From the NCBI GenBank assembly GCA_963716175.1, contig OY970296.1, forward strand, positions 1,472,001 to 1,536,000: a stretch of DNA of 64,000 bases, written 5' to 3'. How positions within the stretch are numbered: the first letter of the stretch is position 1; each line of letters begins with the position of its first letter. Position numbers and translations under genes: made by a program. Positions 37,704 through 49,200 of this stretch are shown piece after piece. Under the pieces are notes generated by a model that was not told where the DNA came from, searched no databases, and saw nothing but the letters and a program-made list of their open reading frames with translations. Origin of the DNA: an uncultured Armatimonadetes bacterium (GTDB lineage: Bacteria > Armatimonadota > Hebobacteria > Hebobacterales > Hebobacteraceae).

Positions 37704-37712
37704 TGCTATAAT
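37704..37712 (+). promoter_or_regulatory. Extended -10 promoter for the RM operon
   Basis: TGcTATAAT about 180 bp upstream of res. Confidence 0.5.
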
Positions 37713-37890
37713 GCCGCGGGCCGGGCGAGGACGGGGCATCTGGCCTCCGCGCTGAGTCACCGCGTCCTGTCTGCTCGCCAGCCCTGCAGGTCTCAGCCGT
37801 CTGGATGCACCAGGCCCGGGGCCGCCGGAAGGCGCCGGAGAGCAGTCAGGGGAGGCATATGGCGCAACGCCAGAGGAAGGGGGCGATTCT

Positions 37891-40800
37891 GTGCGCCAGG
37901 TCGTGATAGAGAACCCGGTCCTCAACTCGCCGTTCGAGGAACCTGAACGGCACTTCCGCTTCGACGACGAGGGGATCACTGACGAGACCGTGGAGGTGCG
38001 GCGCGTCAGCTCCTACTTCGTTCCCATCGCCCAACCGCGCAAGCGCGGGCGGCAGCTCATCCTCGACACTGAGTGGACCGAGGAGCGCCTCCAGGAGAAC
38101 AGATTCATCAACCAGGTGCGCGAGCGCGTGGCGCTGTGGCGTAGGGGCGGCTACCAGGGAGTCACCAACACCACGCGGCGCCTGCTCGAGCACTGGCAGC
38201 GGGCCGACCGCGACCCGAACAAGCGACTCTTCTTCTGCCAGATCGAGGCGCTGGAGACGGCGATCTACATCGCCGAGGTGGCGCGGAAGTACGGGGACGC
38301 GTGGATCGAGAATGCCCTGCGGGAGGCCAACGAGGGCGCCAACCCTGGCCTCCTTCGCATCGCCATGAAGATGGCGACCGGCAGCGGGAAGACAGTCGTC
38401 ATGGCGATGCTCATTGCCTGGCACGTCCTCAACAAGCTCGCCAACCCGCAGGACGATCGCTTCTCCGACAGCTTCCTCATCGTGACACCGGGCATCACGA
38501 TTCGCGACCGGCTGCGCGTGCTCCTCCCGAACGACCCGGCTGGCGACTACTACCGGCAGTGGGACCTGGTCCCTTCGGAGGACCTGGAGAAGCTCAACCG
38601 GGCCAGGATTCTGATCACCAACTTCCACGCCTTCAAGCCGCGCGAGCGTGGCGACGCGAGCAGGACCACGAAGGCCATGCTCGCCCCGGACGAGAGTGCC
38701 AGCGCCTTCAGAGAGACGCCTCACGAGATGGTGCGCAGGGCCTGTAAGACGTTCGGCACCAAGAAGAACGTCGTAGTCATCAACGATGAAGCTCACCACT
38801 GCTACCGGCACAAGCCGGACGGCGAGGAGGTGAAGCTGAAGGGCGACGATCTCACGGAAGCCAAGAAGCGAGAGGAGGCGGCCAGGGTCTGGATATCAGG
38901 CCTCGAGGCTGTGAAGCGGAAGATCGGTATCAAGGTCATCTACGATCTGTCTGCGACGCCCTTCTTCCTACGGGGCTCGGGCTATGCCGAGGGGACGCTG
39001 TTCCCCTGGGTCGTGTCAGACTTCTCCCTGATAGACGCCATCGAGAGCGGGATCGTGAAGGTGCCACGGGTCCCTGTTGCCGATGACAGCATGACTGGCG
39101 ACCAGCCCACCTACCGGGACTTGTGGTTCCGCATCCGAGACGAACTGCCAAAGAAGGGCCGTGGCACAGAGGCCGTACGCGGGGAGCCAAAGCCTCCGGC
39201 CCAACTCCAGAGCGCGCTGCACAGCCTCTACGGCAACTACGAGAAGTATTACCGGCAGTGGGAGCAATACTGCCGTACGCACGGCAACGACCAGCCCCCG
39301 CCTGTCTTCATCGTCGTCTGCAACAACACGAACGTCTCGAAGCTCGTCTATGACTACATCGCGGGATGGGAGAAGCCACTGCCCGATGGCTCGACAGTTC
39401 CAGTCCCCGGGGCGCTGCCAATCCTGAGCAATGTGGAGGACGACCGTTGGCTGCCTCGCCCCAGGACCGTTCTGATAGACAGCGAGCAGTTGGAGTCCGG
39501 CGACGCGATGAGCGACGAGTTCAAGAAGATCGCCTCCCGCGAGATCGAGAAGTTCAAGGCCGAGTATCAAGTTCGCTACCCCGGGCGAGATGCCGAGCAG
39601 CTTACCGACGAAGACCTGCTCAGAGAGGTGATGAACACCGTCGGGAAGCCCGGCCGGCTCGGCGAGCACGTGCGCTGCGTGGTGAGCGTCTCCATGCTCA
39701 CTGAGGGCTGGGACGCCAACACGGTCACCCATATCCTTGGGGTACGCGCGTTCGGCACTCAGCTTCTCTGCGAGCAGGTGGTTGGGCGAGGGCTGCGGCG
39801 CCGCACCTACGCCGCCTCTCCGCAGACCATCACCCTCAACGGCCGGCAGATCACCTTCGACGGCCTCGCGCCGGACTATGCCGAAGTGTACGGCGTTCCG
39901 TTCTCCTTCATCCCATGCTCTGGGTCATCTCCAGAGCCGAAGCCAGGTCCGCAGCCCACTCGAGTACGGGCGTTGGAGGACAGGGTCGCCTGCGAGATCA
40001 CCTTCCCGCGGCTCATGGGCTACCGATATGACCTGCCAGGCGAGAAGCTCGAGGCCCGCTTCACCGACGACTCGCGCATGGTGCTCTCCACCGAGCAGAT
40101 CCCGACGTGGACCGAGAACGCGCCGATTGTAGGCGAGTCCACGATCCACACCCTCGACGACCTCAAGAAGCGCCGCCCCCAGGAAGTCGCCTTCCTCCTC
40201 GCCAAGCTCGTGCTGGAGAAGTACTTCCGCGCAGACGGCGCCCAGAGAACGGAGCGCGACGCCGAGCACCACTTCGACCCGGAGGTGAAGGCCTGGCTCT
40301 TCCCGCAGGTCCTAGCGATCACCAGGCGCTGGCTGTCGGAGTGTCTGGTCTGCAAGGACAACACCTTCCCGCAGATGCTCCTGCTGGTGGAGCTTGCGCA
40401 CGAAGCGGCCGACCGCATTTACCGCGCCGTCGTTCACGCCAGCGAAGGCGAGAAGGCGCTCAAGCCCATCCTCTTCCCATATGACACCGTCGGCTCCACT
40501 CAGCACGTGGACTTCGACACCACGCGGCCTACCTACCGCACCCGAGCTGACAGATGCCACATCTCTCACGTGGTCGCCGACACCGGATCGTGGGAACAGA
40601 AGCTCGCGCAGTCACTGGAGGAGATGGACGAGGTCGTCTGCTACGTGAAGAACCAGAACCTCGGGTTCAAGATCCCCTACACCTTCAACGGCGATCAGGG
40701 AAACTACGAGCCCGACTTCATCGTTCGCATAGATGACGGGCATGGGCGGGACGATCCCCTCAGCCTGATCATCGAGGTCACTGGTGAGCGGAAGAAGGAC

Positions 40801-40962
40801 AAAGAGGCCAAGGTCGCCACCGCTCGCCTCCTCTGGGTGCCAGCTGTCAACAACCACGGCGGCTTCGGGCGCTGGGCCTTCCTCGAGATAGACGATCCCT
40901 GGGACGCGAAGAACGCCATCCGTTCCTTCCTTGCCGCAAGAGTGACCGAGGTGACTGCCTGA
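37891..40962 (+). CDS. res: Type III restriction endonuclease Res subunit
   Basis: 'MATGSGKT', 'DEAHH', 'SATP', 'MLTEGWD', 'QVVGRGLR', C-terminal 'YEPDF...IIEVTG'. Confidence 0.92.
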   Translation: MRQVVIENPVLNSPFEEPERHFRFDDEGITDETVEVRRVSSYFVPIAQPRKRGRQLILDTEWTEERLQENRFINQVRERVALWRRGGYQGVTNTTRRLLEHWQRADRDPNKRLFFCQIEALETAIYIAEVARKYGDAWIENALREANEGANPGLLRIAMKMATGSGKTVVMAMLIAWHVLNKLANPQDDRFSDSFLIVTPGITIRDRLRVLLPNDPAGDYYRQWDLVPSEDLEKLNRARILITNFHAFKPRERGDASRTTKAMLAPDESASAFRETPHEMVRRACKTFGTKKNVVVINDEAHHCYRHKPDGEEVKLKGDDLTEAKKREEAARVWISGLEAVKRKIGIKVIYDLSATPFFLRGSGYAEGTLFPWVVSDFSLIDAIESGIVKVPRVPVADDSMTGDQPTYRDLWFRIRDELPKKGRGTEAVRGEPKPPAQLQSALHSLYGNYEKYYRQWEQYCRTHGNDQPPPVFIVVCNNTNVSKLVYDYIAGWEKPLPDGSTVPVPGALPILSNVEDDRWLPRPRTVLIDSEQLESGDAMSDEFKKIASREIEKFKAEYQVRYPGRDAEQLTDEDLLREVMNTVGKPGRLGEHVRCVVSVSMLTEGWDANTVTHILGVRAFGTQLLCEQVVGRGLRRRTYAASPQTITLNGRQITFDGLAPDYAEVYGVPFSFIPCSGSSPEPKPGPQPTRVRALEDRVACEITFPRLMGYRYDLPGEKLEARFTDDSRMVLSTEQIPTWTENAPIVGESTIHTLDDLKKRRPQEVAFLLAKLVLEKYFRADGAQRTERDAEHHFDPEVKAWLFPQVLAITRRWLSECLVCKDNTFPQMLLLVELAHEAADRIYRAVVHASEGEKALKPILFPYDTVGSTQHVDFDTTRPTYRTRADRCHISHVVADTGSWEQKLAQSLEEMDEVVCYVKNQNLGFKIPYTFNGDQGNYEPDFIVRIDDGHGRDDPLSLIIEVTGERKKDKEAKVATARLLWVPAVNNHGGFGRWAFLEIDDPWDAKNAIRSFLAARVTEVTA

Positions 40963-41522
40963 TGGAGACCACCGAGCGGATTGTCGAGGCGTATGTGCGC
41001 TACGTCAAGGGATGGGCGACCATACCTAACATCAAGTGCAAGGGCCAGTTTGAGATCGACCTTCTGGCCGTAGACCCGGTCACGGGACGGAAGTACCACA
41101 TCGAGAGCGGCGTCCACACGAGTTCCGGCTTCAGCAAGCTGACATGCAATCCGTTCAGCGAGGAAGCTCTGAAGGTCAGGGTAGAGCAGCCCAAACAGCG
41201 GCGCACGCTCGGGTTCTTCCTGGAGCGGAAGTTCGGCGCTCCAGAGATCACTGAGAAGCTGAAGGAGTACGGCTTCGAGGACGGCAGGTACGGCAAGATC
41301 ATCGTATCGTGGGGGTGGACGGACGAAGCAGCCGAACAAGCGCGTGCGGCCGGCATAGACCTCTGGGACTTCCGTGGTCTCCTCTCTCAGATCGGAGAAG
41401 CGTTCATTGGCAGGAGCACCTACTTCACCGACGACACGCTGCGAACTCTACAGCTCTTCGCGCGCGCGTTCATAGAAGGTGGGTTCCACCGCGCTGCCGG
41501 AAGGGTGACCGAAGATGCGTAA
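40962..41522 (+). CDS. PD-(D/E)XK-like nuclease-fold protein between res and mod
   Basis: 'ERIV...EIDLLAVD...HIES' pattern; overlaps both neighbours. Confidence 0.6.
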   Translation: METTERIVEAYVRYVKGWATIPNIKCKGQFEIDLLAVDPVTGRKYHIESGVHTSSGFSKLTCNPFSEEALKVRVEQPKQRRTLGFFLERKFGAPEITEKLKEYGFEDGRYGKIIVSWGWTDEAAEQARAAGIDLWDFRGLLSQIGEAFIGRSTYFTDDTLRTLQLFARAFIEGGFHRAAGRVTEDA

Positions 41523-44414
41523 CTCAAAGAAGCGGAGGCCCGCCACCTCCGTCGAGTCCGTTCGCCACCAGGATAAGCGGGTCAACATCCCCACCACCGA
41601 GCTGAGTGCATTCGTGGCCGATGACGAAAGGGCGCCGCGGACCGTGCTCTATCCCCGCGATCCCTCCCTCGATCCCCAGCTCGTGTGGCGAGGCAAAGAC
41701 GAGCAGGATGGCGAGCCGCTGGAAGTGCCGGCCGTTCCCGTCTACATCCAGGAGAAGATTCACCCGCAGGCGCTGATCGAGAACCTGCGCGAGACCGCCC
41801 GGGCGGGAGAACAGGAGCCTGAGCTTCGCCTCTTCGACGACTTCAACGGCATCTACGACTTCGAGCGCAAGGTCGAGTTCTACCAGCACCCCATGAACTG
41901 GTCGAACCGGATGATCCTGGGCGACTCCCTCCTGGTGATGACCTCGCTCGCCGAGAAGGAAGGCCTCAAGGGCAAGGTCCAGATGATCTACCTGGACCCT
42001 CCCTATGGCATCCAGTTCGGCTCCAACTGGCAGGTCAGCACACGCAGGCGGACTATGGTCGACGGGAGGATCGAGGACGCCACTCGCGAACCGGAGCAGA
42101 TCAGGGCCTTCCGCGACACCTGGAAGCTGGGCATCCACTCCTACCTCGCCTACTGGCGCGACAGGCTCATGGTGGCACGCGACCTCCTGACCGAAACCGG
42201 TTCCATCTTCGTCCAGATCGGGGACGAGAACTTGCATCTCGTCAGATCGCTGATGGACGAGGTTTTCGGAAGTGAGAACTTCATCGCCTTTATCCCATTT
42301 CGCAAGAAGACGATGCCGTTGGGTGCTAGGTACCTGGAAGGGATCTCCGATTACCTGCTCTGGTATGCAAAGGCCAGAGATCTGGCGAAGTACAGGCAGC
42401 TGTACATTCAGAAGACTGCTGAGGGGGATACCCACTGGGACCGGGTCGAACTCCCTGACGGCACGCGCCGCAAGATGACTCGGGAGGAGATCGCAGATCA
42501 CGGGCTGCTACCCGTAGGAGCCCAGCCTTACCAACTGATCGCGCTGTATCCGGTCGGCATCAATGCCAGTGGTCTCTTCGAGGTGAAGTTTGACGGTGTC
42601 CCTTATGCTCCGCCCAGAGGGAAGAGTTGGCTGACCAGCCCGGAGGGGATGCGCCGTCTCATTCGCGCCAACCGCATCGAGCCGTATGCTGGTGGCGCCA
42701 CGATAAGGTACGTGCTGAAACTCGGCGACTACCCGCACAGCCCACTGACAAACCTATGGGCGGACACATCTGCACCCACGGATATGACATACGTGGTAGA
42801 GACAAACCGCAGAGTCATTGAACGATGCCTCCTGATGACGACCGACCCTGGCGACCTTGTGCTTGACCCAACCTGTGGTAGCGGTACCACCGCCTACGTC
42901 GCTGAGGAGTGGGGGCGACGATGGATAACGGTCGACACGAGCCGCGTGGCGCTCACGCTCGCCCGTACGCGGCTGATGTCGGGCCGATACCGCTACTACC
43001 TACTGGCCGATTCCCCAGAAGGCGCCGGTAAGGAATCCGAGATCACGGGGCAGCCACCCCCAAGTCAGTCTGCCAGCACGAAGGGCGACATCCGTCGCGG
43101 GTTCGTCTTGCGACGCGCGCCCGGATCGCACGCGAATACATCGCGAACAACGAGGAGATCGACACAGTTGATGCCCGTTGGCAGGAACGGCTGGAGCCGG
43201 TGCGCACGAAGCTCAACAGGGCGCTGAAGCAGAACTGGGAGGAATGGGAGGTCCCGCGCGATGCCGATGACAGGTGGTCGGCCGAAGCCATTCGCCTGCA
43301 CGCGGAGTGGTGGAAGTTGCGCAGAGAGCGGCATAGGCAGATGGAGGGCTCCATCATGCGCCACGCCGACACCGGGTTTCTCTGCGACCGACCCTACGAA
43401 GACAGCAAGCGCATCCGGGTGAGCGGGCCGTTCACTGTCGAGAGCCTGTCGCCCCACCGAGTGCTCTCGACCGATGAAGAGCGCCCGACCTCCGAGGCCG
43501 AAGCGGAGGCGGCCGGCGGCCCGCGCCAGTTCGAGACCATCGTCATCGAGAACCTGCGGAAAGCCGGCGTCCAGAACACCGTGAGGCAGGAGCGGCTGAA
43601 GTTCGAGCGGCTCGAGGCCTTCCCTGGCGTCTACGTGCAGGCTGCTGGCGAGTACCTGGAGGGAGAGCAGCCGCGGCGGGTGGCCGTGTGCATCGGACCC
43701 GAGTACGGCACGGTCGGCCCCGATCTCGTCCGCGAGGCGGCGAAGGAAGCCGTCCAGGGAGTCGGGTTCGACCTACTCCTGGTCTGCGGCCTGGCCTTCG
43801 ATCCCCACGCCGGTGAAGCGGCCCGCGAGTTCAACCCCGAGCGCGGTGGGCGCCACGATGACTTCGCGGTCGCAGAGGCGGCCAAGCAGTACGGCAAGCT
43901 GCCAGTCCTCCTGGTGCGCATCAACGCCGACCTGGCCTATGGAGACGAGTTCCTCAAGCGGACCGGCGCCGGCAACCTGTTCATGATCTTCGGCGAGCCG
44001 GATGTGGAGATGCGGCGCGCGGACGACGGCAAGCTCATCGTGGAGATCAAGGGCGTGGACGTCTATGACCCGACCACCGGCCAGATTCGAAGCCACACCA
44101 CCGACGACATCGCTTGCTGGTTCATTGACACCAACTACGACGGCGAGAGCTTCTTCGTTCGCCACGCCTACTTCTGCGGCGACGACGAGCCGTATGAGAA
44201 GCTCAAGCGCGCCCTGAAGGCCGAGATAGACGAAGCCGCCTGGGCCACCCTCTACTCCACCACCTCCCGCCCCTTCGACCGCCCCGCCACCGGCAAGATC
44301 GCCGTCAAAGTCATCAACCACTACGGTGACGAGGTGCTGAAGGTGTATGAGGTGGATGCCGGCGCCAGCGGCTCAGACGCTGGAAGGCCTCGTGCAGCTC
44401 GCGGGCGAGGCTAG
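41515..44414 (+). CDS. mod: Type III DNA methyltransferase Mod (single-base frameshift near 43122)
   Basis: DPPY and DPTCGSGTT motifs; the ORF track splits it into 41515-43227 and 43200-44414; continuity FVLRRAP/RIAREYIANNEEID needs one extra C at 43120-43122. Confidence 0.88.
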
Positions 44415-44419
44415 TAGAC

Positions 44420-46246
44420 ATGCTCGTTCGCCCTTCCGGGAACATCAGTCTCGGCTGGAAGCTCGATGATCCACTGAACATGGTCCTTGTCCAGCCATTC
44501 TACGCGATTGAGCCAGGTGGGAGCAACGCTTTCGCGCTCGATCCACAGTCGGCAGCACGTCAGCGGCTAACAATCGGAACCGTCCTGTCGTTCCTGAGCG
44601 ATTCAGATGGGCGGGTACCCCACTTGTTCAGACAAGTCCGCTTAGTAGTGCTACCTGAGTTCTCGGTTCCATATGACATGGTGCAGCAAGTCGTCGACCG
44701 GATGAGCGCGACGCGTCCAGGGATGCTCCTTGTGGCTGGGATAGAGCGTCAAAGCCTTCAGCAATATGGGTATCTCGTCGAGACGTACGTTACCGACGGC
44801 GCCTTCCGAGAGCAGGAGATCGATAAGCTCACACAGCACAACAATCCGGCGCGGAATTGGGTCAATGCCGCCCTAGTCGCGTGGAGAGACGGCGTTGGGA
44901 CCCCCGGTGTGCTCTTCCAGAGGAAGATCTGCCCCAGCAACCTCGAGTCCCAGACTCTGTGCACTGGCGATGTCATTCATACGCTACGAGTTGATGGTGC
45001 ACTGTTCGGCTTCGCAATATGCTCGGATCTTCTAGATGCAGATCCCCCGCCTCCAGAGCCCCCGATATCAGTTGCCCAGCAGATATGCGAAGGGTGCGTC
45101 GACTCTCCGCTGGACGTTCTCGTCCACGTGCAGTACAACCCGAAGCCACGACATACGACAGTCGGTGCGGGCACACACACACTTCTAACCAATCTGGCTA
45201 CCAGGGATGCTCTGGTAGTACGAGTCAACAGGGCGGCATCCTGCGAGGAGCACTCCGAGTACGGCGTGAGTGGCGCAGTTGTGGGCCGGCATCGAAGTTT
45301 CGGTGATCCTCCTGAGTGTTGCTGTGTCCGTGACGAAAACGATATGCGATGGTACGATATGAGGCCACAGCGGGCATGCGCGTTCCTTCTGCAGACGTAC
45401 CTGCCAAGTGCGGTTGAGGGGCCGCAGGTTCCGGCCGGACAGCAGCCGGTTCGATACGCGCTCTGGCTACCCACGCCTAATCCTGACGACGACATCAACT
45501 TCACACTCCCTAGGGCGGCAAGTCCCGAGCCGCGCCGCTTCGGGGGATGGCGCGCCTTTGAATGGAAGCCGTGGTCGAAACCAGGCAGGGACCTGCTCAA
45601 GCCGACCGGGGACAATGAAGATCTCCATAGCTACCTCAAAGAGAAATACCAGGAACTCCGCCGGGCAGTGTGGGGAGACAATGGACGCTGCCTTTCGCTG
45701 TGGGCAGAGAAGGCAGTCCAATTCCACGCTGACACCATTCAAGACTGCCCCGATCATTGGCACATCAGAGGGGTGACCGAAGCACTTCGCAAGCTCGTTG
45801 CCGGCATGACACTCATCCATGCCGGCCCCGGGCTAGCTCCCATCGAGTGGACCGACGGAGTGCCACCGAGGGCCGCCATGAGGTTCGCCGGTGCCTTGGC
45901 TGCCAGCGTGCACTGCCGTGATGCTGCTTCGTTGCGGTGGCCTGCCATCAAGGCACGACTGGTACCGGACGCCCAATCAGGCGCTTCCCACAAAGACTGG
46001 TATGTCGTGTCGAATGCTGGAGGGCATCCTTGTGCTGAGGCCCTTCCATACGCCGGCTTGGTGCATCCCGCCGCAGCAACTTACGGTGTAGCCGCTGAGG
46101 GCGCTGATCCAAGGAGCGTGGCGGTTCCATGTGTCCTGGCAGTGCCAGTTGGAGAGCTCGAGGACAGAGTGTTGGATGCCGCGGGCGTCACACGCGGGAC
46201 GGTCGCCGAAGCGGTGCTGGCTATCGAGGGTTGTGCTGGATGGTGA
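44420..46246 (+). CDS. Nitrilase (carbon-nitrogen hydrolase)-fold effector with C-terminal domain
   Basis: E-K-C triad motifs 'LVVLPEFS', 'QRKICPS', 'ICSDLL'. Confidence 0.7.
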   Translation: MLVRPSGNISLGWKLDDPLNMVLVQPFYAIEPGGSNAFALDPQSAARQRLTIGTVLSFLSDSDGRVPHLFRQVRLVVLPEFSVPYDMVQQVVDRMSATRPGMLLVAGIERQSLQQYGYLVETYVTDGAFREQEIDKLTQHNNPARNWVNAALVAWRDGVGTPGVLFQRKICPSNLESQTLCTGDVIHTLRVDGALFGFAICSDLLDADPPPPEPPISVAQQICEGCVDSPLDVLVHVQYNPKPRHTTVGAGTHTLLTNLATRDALVVRVNRAASCEEHSEYGVSGAVVGRHRSFGDPPECCCVRDENDMRWYDMRPQRACAFLLQTYLPSAVEGPQVPAGQQPVRYALWLPTPNPDDDINFTLPRAASPEPRRFGGWRAFEWKPWSKPGRDLLKPTGDNEDLHSYLKEKYQELRRAVWGDNGRCLSLWAEKAVQFHADTIQDCPDHWHIRGVTEALRKLVAGMTLIHAGPGLAPIEWTDGVPPRAAMRFAGALAASVHCRDAASLRWPAIKARLVPDAQSGASHKDWYVVSNAGGHPCAEALPYAGLVHPAAATYGVAAEGADPRSVAVPCVLAVPVGELEDRVLDAAGVTRGTVAEAVLAIEGCAGW

Positions 46247-49200
46247 GCTGGAAAGGCGGCTGGAGATGAGGAACGCTTACAGCAGTTCGGTGTTGGAGGC
46301 ACTCGAAGAGACACTCGTACCCCGCGTCCCAGGCATGAAGCGGGAGAGGAACCTAAGGACAGAACTGCTCGACGCCGTGTACTCATTCTGGTCTGGAGTC
46401 ATAGGCGTCCAGGTCTGCGAGACGTGGGACGAGCTGAGGAGCCGGTGGGAGGACTCTCAACATGAGCTGGGCGCACTCATGCGCACTCGTCGGATTGCCC
46501 GCGGCTGGGGCAATGACGCATACCTCCTGTTCCTTGTGAACCAATCGGCTCTTACATCAGCCGGTGAACAGGCTGTCAAGCTGCTTAGGAGCATCGAGAT
46601 CTCCCCGTTCGAGTGCCTCAAAGAGGTCGTGCCTCTCGATGCGACATGGCGAGACGAGCTGGGTGCTCTCACTTTCGTACCTCTACAGGAGGAGCATCCA
46701 GGAGTGCCCGACCGAGCCAGCACGGCAGTGCGGGAGCTTCTGGAAAGCCTCGGAGTTCATCCTAGTCTGGCCCGCGACCTAACTATGTTCAGGCCGGGAG
46801 TGGACGCGGTGGTACAGGCGCTTGTGGAGGACCGTTACGGTGAACCGCCAGGGTCTGTCCGAGTCCCGGAAGTCACATCTGTCGCGAGCGCCCGGGGAGT
46901 GACGGAGCGCGCTGTCACCCCTCTCCCTCGGACCGCGGCGCGGGTGCGTCTCAAGCGACTGGTTCTGGAGCACTTCAGGAGCTTCGGCACCCCATCGGCT
47001 CCAGTCGAGCTCGATTTGTCTGGTGACCTTACCCTAGTCTACGGCGAGAACGGAACTGGGAAGACCTGCCTTGCGCAGGCGATCGAGTGGGCAATCTGTG
47101 GCGACGTTGGATCTCTGTCTGAGGCCGTACGGAGGGAGGGGATTGGGGCCGGCCGAGTGGTTCGGAGCATGTGGGCACAGGGCGAGAAGGCCGCAGTGCG
47201 GCTGGAGCTTTCCAAAGGCGGGCCGTTGGACTGCGTGGAGAGCGTGGGGGGCGCTCGGCGCTTCAGAGGTGTGTCCCGGAAGGAAGAGATGCTTTGGCGC
47301 GACCTCCTGGGCATTGGGCGGAGGTACAAGACAGAGCGGCATGAGCTTGTACGCGACCGAGTGAGAGCCGGCCTGATGTTACTGCAGAGGCAGATGAGCC
47401 ACCTCCTGTTGGTGAACTCTGAGGAGCGTCTGGGGCAGTTCGCCGCGTTGCTTGGAGAATCGACTCTGGCTCGTACGACAAGCAAGCTGACTAGCACGAA
47501 CCGTGAGCTTGGCCGCCAACTCGAGCAGCGGAATGAGAGCGGCGCAGCTTCCCGAGACCGTCAGAGATCCCTCCGCGATGAACGGAGCAACATGGTAGCC
47601 GAACTGTCAACTGGAATCGCAGGAATCGGCTCTGCTCCGACCCTGCAGGAGTACCTCGGCCGCGCTCGCGACTACCATGTCGCGGCAGACATCAGCATCC
47701 CGGCCGGGTTGGCTCGACCTCAGACTGACGAAGCAGCAGAGGTCGCTGTGCGCAGGGTCGTGGAACAGCTCGAGGAGCGCAGAGCGTCTCTCGTGGGTGC
47801 CCTGGAGCGCACGAAGCGCGTGGGTGAGTGCTCCAAGCAGCTGGCATCGGCAAAGGCGCAACTCGCTCAGGCCGAAGAGGCCTTGGTGAAAGCCCGAACG
47901 GACCACAGAGATGCGGCGGCCAGGGCTGCCGAGCTCCAGCACGCACTTGAGCGCCTTGACCAGGAGATCGCCACTCTGCGTTCGACGCACCAGGAACGTG
48001 CTGAGCGTCGGCGCGCTCTGGAGCGATGGTTCGAACTCGAACCGCTGATTCGTAATCGGAGGGAACGCCTCGCCCAAGTGGCACACCGGATAGCAGCCTC
48101 GCGACAGGAAGTCGACCGTCTCGACAACGAGGTGAACGCAAGGAGCACGGCCCTGCACTCGGCACAGAGCAGCCTTGACGGGGCCAGCCGAGGGCGGGAT
48201 CAGGCCCAGGGCACTGTTCACAGACTGGAAGAGATTGCCGGCTTGCTCAGACGTCACGGCCAGCCTGACGCCCAGCGTCAGCGGCTTGAGGCCGGGCAAC
48301 GGCAGGCGACTGCATCTGCAAGGAGATGCCAGGAGGAGTTGGCGCGTGTAGTCCGGCAGCGGGACAACGCGGCGGCGGCCGTTTCGTCAACGGAGCTCAG
48401 ACTGAGTCAGCTTCGGAGCAGACGCGAAGACAGAGACCGCCTACTGCAGAGTCTCCGTGAGCACATTGACGGTGACGAGTGTCCCCTCTGCTCTCACAGA
48501 TACGAGAGTCGGGAGCGCTTGCTTGCAGCTATAGAGCACAAGATTGGGTCCCCGTCTGTTGATGAGCAGTCGCTGATGTCCCAGCTCGACCGAGAGAGAA
48601 CGTTGGTGGCCGAGTGCGAGCAACTAGTAACGGAGTGCGAGAGGGGAATGGTAGACGCAGAGCATAGGAAGGCCGAGGCGGCGGATGCAGCCGACCGGGC
48701 CGCCGAACTCACCAACACCTTCCTGACTATGCTCTCTGCGGCAGGGCTTTCGCCAGGCGCGTCGCTTGAGACTGTGTCGGATGAACTCGAGCGATGGCAG
48801 GAGTTCCTTGGCAGCGCGGAGTCAAAGGTATCGCAGCTTCAGCTAGCGCTCACAGCGGAGGAGCAGATGCTCCGGGAGGTGTCGGATCGCCGACGAGCTG
48901 CTTGGGACGAGATCGGGCGATTGTCTGGTGAGGAGAGAGAGCTGACGCAGCAGTTGGACGCGGCCGTTGCAGAGGTCACGTCGACACTCGGGGCACTGCC
49001 GCAGCACGATGAGGAACTCGCGCGTGAGCTCGAACAGGTGCGCATTGAGCAGCAGTCATCTGCAAAGCAACTGCAGCAAGCCGATTCTCAACGGGCTCGC
49101 ATAGCTCGCGATCTGGAGAATGGTCGCCAGACGCTCCAGGCATATGAGACAAGCACTCGGGTCGCCGAACAGCAGGCAGCTGAGCGTGGCAGCAACGTTG

